From Methylotetracoccus sp. (GTDB taxonomy: Bacteria; Pseudomonadota; Gammaproteobacteria; Methylococcales; Methylococcaceae): a stretch of DNA of 64,000 bases. This document shows positions 57,141-64,000 of the stretch, piece after piece; positions within the stretch are counted from its first letter, which is position 1; each line of letters opens with the position of its first letter. The DNA lies in the NCBI GenBank assembly GCA_046347485.1, contig JAXMGB010000012.1:47808-111807 (forward strand), read 5' to 3'. The position numbers were made by a program, and so were the translations under genes. Under the pieces are notes generated by a model. That model saw only the letters and a list, made by a program, of their open reading frames with translations. It did no database searches and was not told the DNA's origin.

Positions 57141-58059
57141 CGAAATACAGCGGGGGTCGATGGGCGCGAATGAATTCCTCGCCGCGGATTGCCCGCCGGC
57201 TGGGCAGTTGCACCTCGGTCAAGCGGAGCACCCCGGCCCCGGTCGCGACATCACAGTCAGTCCGGCCAGGCAATACGGTCCCGGGAATCAGGCCCGACGC
57301 ATCCTCATTCAGCGCATGAGCCCGCCAGATACGCAGCGGGGCATCGCCGAATCGCGTCTCGGCGACCGGCCAGGGATTGAAGGCCCGGACCTGACGCTCC
57401 AGCGCCGCAGCCGACCGGTTCCAGTCGAGCACGGCCTCCTGCTTGGTCAGCTTCTCGGCGTACGTAACCTGCGACTCGTCCTGAATCTCGGGTTCCACCG
57501 GCCCGGTGGCGAACTCATCCAGCGTAAGCCGCAGCGCCTCGGCACCGAGCTCCGCGAGCCGCTGCTGGAGTTCGCCGGCCGTCTCGTCGGAATTGATGCT
57601 GCAGCTGACGCGGCGGTACATCGGCCCGGCGTCCAGCTTCGCCTCGATACGCATGATCGTGACCCCGGTCGAGTCGTCGCCGGCCAGCAGTGCGCGTTGA
57701 ATCGGTGCGGCACCGCGCCAGCGCGGCAACAGGGACGCATGGACGTTGATGCAGCCCAGGCGTGGAATTTCGAGCACGGCCTGCGGTAGTATCAGTCCAT
57801 AGGCGACGACGACCATGAGATCGGCGCCCAGCGCATGCAGTTGAGCGTGCTGCTCCGGCGAACGGAGGGTTTGGGGCTGCAATACGGGAATGCCGAATGA
57901 TTCGGCAAGCGCCTTGACAGGGCTGGCGAGTAGCTTGCGCCCACGTCCAGCCGGGCGGTCGGGCTGGGTCAGCACCGCACAAACACGATTGGATGATGCC
58001 AGGCAAGCCTTCAGGCTCGGCACGGCGAATTCGGGCGTCCCGGCGAAGATCAGATTCAT
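57133..58059 (-). CDS. fmt: Methionyl-tRNA formyltransferase
   Basis: FAGTPEFA, QPDRPAGRG, HASLLPRWRGAAPIQR. Confidence 0.96.
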   Translation of the reverse strand: MNLIFAGTPEFAVPSLKACLASSNRVCAVLTQPDRPAGRGRKLLASPVKALAESFGIPVLQPQTLRSPEQHAQLHALGADLMVVVAYGLILPQAVLEIPRLGCINVHASLLPRWRGAAPIQRALLAGDDSTGVTIMRIEAKLDAGPMYRRVSCSINSDETAGELQQRLAELGAEALRLTLDEFATGPVEPEIQDESQVTYAEKLTKQEAVLDWNRSAAALERQVRAFNPWPVAETRFGDAPLRIWRAHALNEDASGLIPGTVLPGRTDCDVATGAGVLRLTEVQLPSRRAIRGEEFIRAHRPPLYFGD

Positions 58060-58127
58060 CGTTGGGTGACAGGCGAGCGGGCGCGGCGAACGCACACGCC
58101 CGGCGTTAGATGGAGAGGTAGGTATTC

Positions 58128-58664
58128 TCAGAGCGCCGAGGCTGCGGGTTGCGCGGGTTTGGCCGCCCGCTGGCGCTGTTCCTTGCGAATACGTTTCCGA
58201 ATCAGTTGGCGTTTCAGCGCAGACAGGTGATCGACAAAAAGGCGCCCTTCCAGATGGTCGATCTCGTGCTGGATGCACACGGCGAGCAGTCCGTCCGCGT
58301 CGAACTCGAAGGCATTGCCGAGTGCATCGTACGCGCGGACACGCACCGCCTCGGCCCGCTTCACCTTCTCGAATATCCCCGGCACCGAAAGACAACCCTC
58401 TTCCATTTCCTCGTTTCCGCGCCGTGTGATCAACTCCGGGTTGATGAGACACAGCGGTGTATTCTTTTCCTCGGAGATATCGATGACAATCACGCGTTTT
58501 TGCACGTTCACCTGGGTAGCGGCCAAGCCGATCCCGGGCGCGGCGTACATGGTTTCGAGCATGTCGTCGACCAGTTGCCTCAGGTTCTGATCGAAAACCT
58601 CGACCGGCGAGGCCTTTTTGCGAAGACGCTCATCGGGAAATTCCAAAATGGTGAGGAGTGCCAT
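58128..58664 (-). CDS. def: Peptide deformylase
   Basis: [20 protein letters not shown]. Confidence 0.97.
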   Translation of the reverse strand: MALLTILEFPDERLRKKASPVEVFDQNLRQLVDDMLETMYAAPGIGLAATQVNVQKRVIVIDISEEKNTPLCLINPELITRRGNEEMEEGCLSVPGIFEKVKRAEAVRVRAYDALGNAFEFDADGLLAVCIQHEIDHLEGRLFVDHLSALKRQLIRKRIRKEQRQRAAKPAQPAASAL

Positions 58665-58799
58665 GGTTCCGACTGAAACTGATTGCCGAGGTCTGGATTT
58701 TAGCCAATTCGCCCGGCACTTTGAACGATACTGCGGGAGACTGCAGCGGGCCGGAAAAGTTTCGCACCTGACAGTCACGTCCAGAGCGAGGTCCGCACG

Positions 58800-59864
58800 A
58801 TGACATGGCGCATCCTTCTTGCCGCCCTGCTCGTGGTCGCTGCGGCCGGCGAGGCCACCGAGCGCGTCCCGCTGAATCCCGCCCACCCGACACGCTACAC
58901 GGTCGCTCCAGGCGACACATTGTGGGAGATTGCAGGCAAGTTCCTGACGAACCCATGGCAATGGCGGACGGTCTGGCGGCGCAACCCGCAAGTGCGCAAC
59001 CCCGACCTGATCTACCCGGGCGACGTGCTGGAACTTTCGGAAAGCGGCGGACAGCCCCAGGTCTATGTCGCCGAACCATCCGAGGTTCGATTATCCCCAC
59101 GCGTCCGTGTCGAACCGCTGGAGGCGGCGATTCCGACCGTACGCATGGAAGCGATACGCCCTTTCCTGACCAAGCCGCGCGTACTGACCGAGGACCAGAA
59201 CGACGATGCGCCTTACATCATCGGGCTCGCCGAACGGCGAATCGTCGGAGGAGCGGGCGATCTGATCTATGTGCGCAATCTTCCGGCCGGGCCGCAACGA
59301 ACGTTTACCGTTTATCGCGGCCGGCAAGGCTATCAGACGTACGAGTCGCATGGCTACAAGCCATACCAGGCCTATCGCGACGGTGAGACCGAGGAGATTC
59401 TCGGTTACGAAGGACTGTACGTCGCCGATGCCGAACTGGTGGCACCGGGCGACCCGGCCACGCTCAGACTGCTGCACAACGAGCGGGAAGCAGTCATCAA
59501 CGACCGTGTGCTGGCCGCGCAGTGGGACCGCACGGGGCTGTATGTCTTTCCCCATACATCGCCGAAGCCGATCCGCGGCCACATCATCAGCGTTCTCGAG
59601 GGCGTCTCACAGATCGGACAATATGCCGTCGTCGCGCTGGACCGCGGCACGCGGGACGGTATCGACGTCGGCCACATATTCGACGTGTTCCAGAGCGGCT
59701 ATCCGATCTACGACATGCAAGGCACGTTCGGATCGAAGATTACGTCGCCGGAACGGCTCGCCGGTTCCCTGATGGTCTTCCGAGTTTTCGAGCGAGTCAG
59801 CTATGCGCTGGTCCTGGAGGCCGATCATGCGATCCATGTACTCGACTTCGTGCAGACGCCGTAA
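58800..59864 (+). CDS. LysM peptidoglycan-binding protein (TsaP-like)
   Basis: Signal peptide, [13 protein letters not shown]...NPDLIYPGD; position between def and dprA. Confidence 0.9.
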   Translation: MTWRILLAALLVVAAAGEATERVPLNPAHPTRYTVAPGDTLWEIAGKFLTNPWQWRTVWRRNPQVRNPDLIYPGDVLELSESGGQPQVYVAEPSEVRLSPRVRVEPLEAAIPTVRMEAIRPFLTKPRVLTEDQNDDAPYIIGLAERRIVGGAGDLIYVRNLPAGPQRTFTVYRGRQGYQTYESHGYKPYQAYRDGETEEILGYEGLYVADAELVAPGDPATLRLLHNEREAVINDRVLAAQWDRTGLYVFPHTSPKPIRGHIISVLEGVSQIGQYAVVALDRGTRDGIDVGHIFDVFQSGYPIYDMQGTFGSKITSPERLAGSLMVFRVFERVSYALVLEADHAIHVLDFVQTP

Positions 59865-59903
59865 GGCGGCGCGGACATCGACGAACTGAGGTTCTGGCTG
59901 GCG

Positions 59904-60962
59904 TTGGCTCGGGCACCGGGCAGCGGCGGGCGACAACTCCGCGCGCTGCTCGATACCCCGGGGGCTCCGCGCGCCTTGTTCACCGAGTCGGCCAACGCGC
60001 TGCGCAAACTGGGCGCCTCCGCACCGCTGATCGACTATCTGCGCGCACCCGACTGGACTCGAGTCGATGGCGACCTGGATTGGTTGTCACAACCGCGTCG
60101 CATGTGTATTTCACTGGGCGACCCACGTTATCCGGCCCTGCTGCGTGAAATCGCCTCACCGCCTACGGTTCTGTACGTCGACGGAGACCCCGACGCGCTC
60201 GACAGGCCATTGATCGCCGTGGTCGGCAGCCGCAACCCGACCCCTGCCGGAACGCGAACCGCGTTCGACTTCGCCGGCGCGCTATGCGACAGCGGCGCCG
60301 CCATCTCCAGCGGTCTCGCGGTCGGCGTCGATGCCGCCGCCCATCAGGGCGCGCTCGCACGGCAAGGAACGACGGTCGCGGTCGTCGGGACGGGCCTCGA
60401 CGAGGTCTATCCACGCCGCCATCGCCGCCTGAGCGAATCGATCGCCGAGTCCGGCGCCGTGGTCTCGGAATTTCCGCCGGGTACACCGGCGCGCCCCGCG
60501 AACTTTCCGCGCCGCAATCGGGTCATCAGTGGTCTCAGTGTCGGAACCCTGGTCGTCGAGGCAACTCTGCGTTCGGGCTCGCTGATCACGGCGCGGCTGT
60601 CGCTGGAACAGGACCGGGAAGTCTTCGCGAGTCCCGGCTCGATCCATAATCCGCTCGCCCGGGGCTGTCATGCGTTGATCAAACAGGGCGCGAAGCTCGT
60701 CGAAACGGTCGACGACATCCTCGAAGAACTCGGTGGATTCGGGCTCAGGAGGACTGGCGGGACTTTACCGGAGGCCATGAACGAACTCGACAAGGCAAGT
60801 GCGGAACTGTTGAAATTTGTTGCGTGGGACCCCACCTCCGTGGATACTCTAGTTGCAGCTACCGGCTTCAGCGCGGAACAGGTGACATCAATTCTGGTTC
60901 TTCTGGAACTTTCCGGACACATCGCGTCGACCGCCGCTGGCTGTTACTGCAGAACCACCTAA
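59904..60962 (+). CDS. dprA: DNA-processing protein DprA
   Basis: VVGSRN, SGLAVGVD, FPRRNRVISG, SGSLITA; true start probably ~59871-59886. Confidence 0.93.
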   Translation: MARAPGSGGRQLRALLDTPGAPRALFTESANALRKLGASAPLIDYLRAPDWTRVDGDLDWLSQPRRMCISLGDPRYPALLREIASPPTVLYVDGDPDALDRPLIAVVGSRNPTPAGTRTAFDFAGALCDSGAAISSGLAVGVDAAAHQGALARQGTTVAVVGTGLDEVYPRRHRRLSESIAESGAVVSEFPPGTPARPANFPRRNRVISGLSVGTLVVEATLRSGSLITARLSLEQDREVFASPGSIHNPLARGCHALIKQGAKLVETVDDILEELGGFGLRRTGGTLPEAMNELDKASAELLKFVAWDPTSVDTLVAATGFSAEQVTSILVLLELSGHIASTAAGCYCRTT

Positions 60963-61006
60963 CGGAGCAGGACACCCACTCACGGTGTCGTTGCTCGGGG
61001 CGCCGA

Positions 61007-61474
61007 ATGAAAGAAAACGTCGTCGATGTGCTGATCTATCTGTTCCAGAACTACATGGATGCGGAGGAGGACCAAACTCCGGATCCCGACATCCTCAGGG
61101 ATGAACTGCTCGAGGCGGGTTTTCCTCGCAAGGAAGTCAACCGGGCATTCGAATGGCTGGAATCCCTGGCGGATCAGCATCCGATCGGAAGCTTGTCGAC
61201 ACCGTCGTTCCGAGTATTTTCTCCGCAGGAGAAGTCAAAGCTCGACACCGAGTGCCGAGGCTATCTGATGTTTCTCGAACAGTCGGGTATCCTGTCATCG
61301 ACGAGTCGCGAACTCGTCATCGACCGCCTGATGGCCTTGCACGAGGACCCGATCACGCTGGAGAACCTTAAATGGGTCGTACTGATGATTCTGTTCAGTC
61401 AGCCCAGCGAGGAAGCCGCGTACGCCCGAATGGAAAACCTGGTGTACGACTCGATACCCGCCTACCTGCACTGA
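61007..61474 (+). CDS. smg: Smg / DUF494 protein
   Basis: VDVLIYLFQNY, AFEWL, RELVIDRLMAL, LKWVVLMILF. Confidence 0.92.
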   Translation: MKENVVDVLIYLFQNYMDAEEDQTPDPDILRDELLEAGFPRKEVNRAFEWLESLADQHPIGSLSTPSFRVFSPQEKSKLDTECRGYLMFLEQSGILSSTSRELVIDRLMALHEDPITLENLKWVVLMILFSQPSEEAAYARMENLVYDSIPAYLH

Positions 61475-61690
61475 GCGGGCGCGTCTGCCGCGACCGCAAC
61501 TGAGCCGGCCGGCGCCGGCCTTCCAAACGCGGATCCGCATCGGCAACACGGAAACACTCGAAACCGCGCGCCGGCGCGTGCATACTCTTGCGCCGGAGCC
61601 CTACCCGCCGACGGTCGTCCTGCCAGCAGGCCGCCGTGCGTCGCGCGGCTGTCCGACCAGCACCACATCGCCTTACCGTTGATAGAGCTC

Positions 61691-63997
61691 ATGAACCAGA
61701 ATTTGGTCATCGTCGAATCCCCGGCCAAGGCACGGACGATCGAAAAGTACCTGGGCAAGGACTTCCGGGTATTCGCGTCCTACGGCCATGTTCGAGACTT
61801 GGTGCCGAAGGAGGGCGCGGTCGACCCCGATCACGACTTCGCGATGAAGTACGATCTGATCGAGAAGAACGAAAAGCACGTTCAGGCGATCGCGAAAGCA
61901 GCCGCCAAGGCCGACGCGCTCTACCTCGCGACCGACCCCGACCGTGAGGGCGAGGCAATTTCCTGGCATCTCTACGAGATCCTCAAGGAGCGCCGCGTGC
62001 TGGAACAAAAACCGGTGCATCGCGTCGTTTTCCACGAAATCACCAAGCGCGCGATCACCGAGGCAATCGAGCACCCGAAGGCCCTGTCCGAGGACCTGAT
62101 CGCCGCGCAGCAAGCGCGACGTGCGCTGGATTACCTGGTTGGGTTCAAGCTGTCACCGCTGCTGTGGAAGAAGATTCGCCGCGGCTTGTCGGCCGGCCGG
62201 GTACAGAGCCCGGCGCTGCGAATGATCGTCGAACGGGAACTCGAGATCGAACAGTTCCAGAGCCGCGAATACTGGACGATCGAAGCGGCGCTGCGCGCGA
62301 CCGATCAACAGATTCGCGCGCGGCTGACGCATTACCAGGGCGAGAAGCTCGAGCAGTTCAGCGTCGTTAGCGACGAGCAGGCGGCGGGCATCCGGCAGGA
62401 ATTGCTGCAGCACGCGCAAGGCCGGCTGGAGGTCGTGAAAGTCGAGGAAAAGGAGCGCAAGCGCAACCCGGCCGCCCCGTTCACGACCTCGACGCTGCAG
62501 CAGGAAGCGGCGCGCAAGCTCGGCTTTTCGACGAAGCGAACGATGACGATTGCGCAGCAGCTGTACGAGGGGATCGACCTGGGGGGCGAAACCGTCGGCC
62601 TGATCAGCTACATGAGAACCGACTCGGTGACATTGGCCGGCGAGGCGATCCAGGAATTTCGCGAGATGATCCGCGAACGGTTCGGGCCCGAGAATGTCCC
62701 GGACCAGCCGCGCATCTACAAGACCAAGAGCAAGAATGCGCAGGAAGCGCACGAGGCCATCCGTCCGACCTCGGTCTACCGCACGCCTGAAGCCGTCAAG
62801 GCCCATCTCAGCCCCGACCAATTCAAGCTCTACAGCCTGATCTGGAAACGCAGCGTCGCGTGCCAGATGATTCATGCAACCATCAGCACGGTCGCCGTCG
62901 ACTTCGCCTGTGGCCCCGGAAACGTATTCCGGGCAACCGGTTCGACCGTCGTCCACCCCGGCTTCATGGCCGTTTACCTCGAAGGGAAGGACGACGCGCC
63001 GAACGAGGACGACGAGTCCTACCTGCCGGTCCTGACGGTCGGCGAACAGGTCGCACTGGACGATGTCATCGCCGACCAGCATTTCACCGAGCCTCCGCCA
63101 CGCTACTCGGAAGCGAGCCTGGTCAAGGCACTCGAGGAATACGGCATCGGTCGCCCGTCGACCTATGCCGCAATCATCTCGACCCTGCAACAACGCCAGT
63201 ACGTGACTCTCGAGAACAAGCGATTCATCCCGACCGACGTCGGCCGGATCGTCAATCGCTTCCTTACCGAGCATTTCACTCAGTACGTCGATTACAACTT
63301 CACGGCAAACCTGGAGGACGACCTGGATGCCGTGTCGCGCGGGGAGAAGAACTGGGTTCCGCTGATGCGGGAGTTCTGGGATCCGTTCAAGCAGTTGATC
63401 GAAACGAAGGACGAGAACCTCAAGCGCGCCGACGTCACCCATGAGTCGCTTGATGAAGCCTGTCCGGAATGCGGCGGGCAATTGTCGATCCGGCTCGGGC
63501 GCAACGGCCGCTTCATCGGCTGCACGAACTATCCGACATGTCGCTACACACGCAACCTGAAGGGCGACGAGCCCAGCGCGGCAACGCCCGAGGTCGTCGA
63601 AGGGCGCACCTGCCCGAAATGCGACTCCACCCTGGTGGTCAAGGAAGGCCGCTACGGAAAGTTCATCGGGTGCAGCGGCTACCCGAACTGCAAGCACATA
63701 GAACCCCTGGAAAAGCCAAAGGACACCGGCGTGCAGTGCCCGGAGTGTCACAAGGGTACGCTGATCAAGCGCAAATCGCGGTTCGGCAAGCTGTTCTATT
63801 CGTGCTCGACATACCCAAGCTGCAGCTATGCGGCGTGGAACCCGCCGCTGGCTGAACCCTGCCCGTCGTGCGGATGGCCGATCTTGACGATCAAGATGAC
63901 GAAGCGACGCGGAACCGAGAAGGTCTGCCCGCAGAAAGGTTGCGGCTTTGCCACACCGTACGAGGGCGAGGTGCCGGCCGAGAACACCGTCGCCTGA
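61691..63997 (+). CDS. topA: DNA topoisomerase I
   Basis: LVIVESPAKA, ATDPDREGEAI, SAGRVQS, YMRTDS, four C-terminal zinc ribbons. Confidence 0.97.
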   Translation: MNQNLVIVESPAKARTIEKYLGKDFRVFASYGHVRDLVPKEGAVDPDHDFAMKYDLIEKNEKHVQAIAKAAAKADALYLATDPDREGEAISWHLYEILKERRVLEQKPVHRVVFHEITKRAITEAIEHPKALSEDLIAAQQARRALDYLVGFKLSPLLWKKIRRGLSAGRVQSPALRMIVERELEIEQFQSREYWTIEAALRATDQQIRARLTHYQGEKLEQFSVVSDEQAAGIRQELLQHAQGRLEVVKVEEKERKRNPAAPFTTSTLQQEAARKLGFSTKRTMTIAQQLYEGIDLGGETVGLISYMRTDSVTLAGEAIQEFREMIRERFGPENVPDQPRIYKTKSKNAQEAHEAIRPTSVYRTPEAVKAHLSPDQFKLYSLIWKRSVACQMIHATISTVAVDFACGPGNVFRATGSTVVHPGFMAVYLEGKDDAPNEDDESYLPVLTVGEQVALDDVIADQHFTEPPPRYSEASLVKALEEYGIGRPSTYAAIISTLQQRQYVTLENKRFIPTDVGRIVNRFLTEHFTQYVDYNFTANLEDDLDAVSRGEKNWVPLMREFWDPFKQLIETKDENLKRADVTHESLDEACPECGGQLSIRLGRNGRFIGCTNYPTCRYTRNLKGDEPSAATPEVVEGRTCPKCDSTLVVKEGRYGKFIGCSGYPNCKHIEPLEKPKDTGVQCPECHKGTLIKRKSRFGKLFYSCSTYPSCSYAAWNPPLAEPCPSCGWPILTIKMTKRRGTEKVCPQKGCGFATPYEGEVPAENTVA

Positions 63998-64000
63998 GGC

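Noticed and set aside
57133-58991. Long N-terminal extensions of fmt and def in the ORF track; similar for DUF4390, the lyase and several GTs
   Set aside because: They overlap neighbouring genes; downstream starts match family N-termini

Overview
High-GC proteobacterial chromosome segment. The topA-smg-dprA-lysM / def-fmt-rsmB-DUF4390-ntrY-ntrX-trkA order is Gammaproteobacteria-like; a methanotroph (Methylococcales) origin is plausible but not provable from this window. Positions 1-45.8 kb form a PEP-CTERM-type exopolysaccharide/cell-surface locus. It contains a very large secreted WD40-DUF4082-Ig-dimethylformamidase-like protein (missed by the ORF track because it runs off the left edge), a priming sugar transferase, an outer-membrane barrel, a tyrosine autokinase and an amino-sugar operon. 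It also has a heparinase-like lyase, three AsnB-type amidotransferases, about seven glycosyltransferases, a formyltransferase, a Wzy-like polymerase, two deacetylase-like proteins, a beta-helix protein, a flippase and WecB. Divergent from these are a 76-aa APEID(VPEID)-CTERM micro-protein and an exosortase E/CAAX-protease fusion. Four sigma-54 promoters in the locus each carry the same TGTAAA-N8-ACA enhancer 73-75 nt upstream. Next to the locus is a two-component pair whose kinase has a plant ETR1-type ethylene-binding domain with all known binding residues intact. The last ~14 kb is housekeeping. No rRNA, tRNA, CRISPR or mobile element was recognised. Family names and accession numbers are recalled from motif recognition, not from database searches.
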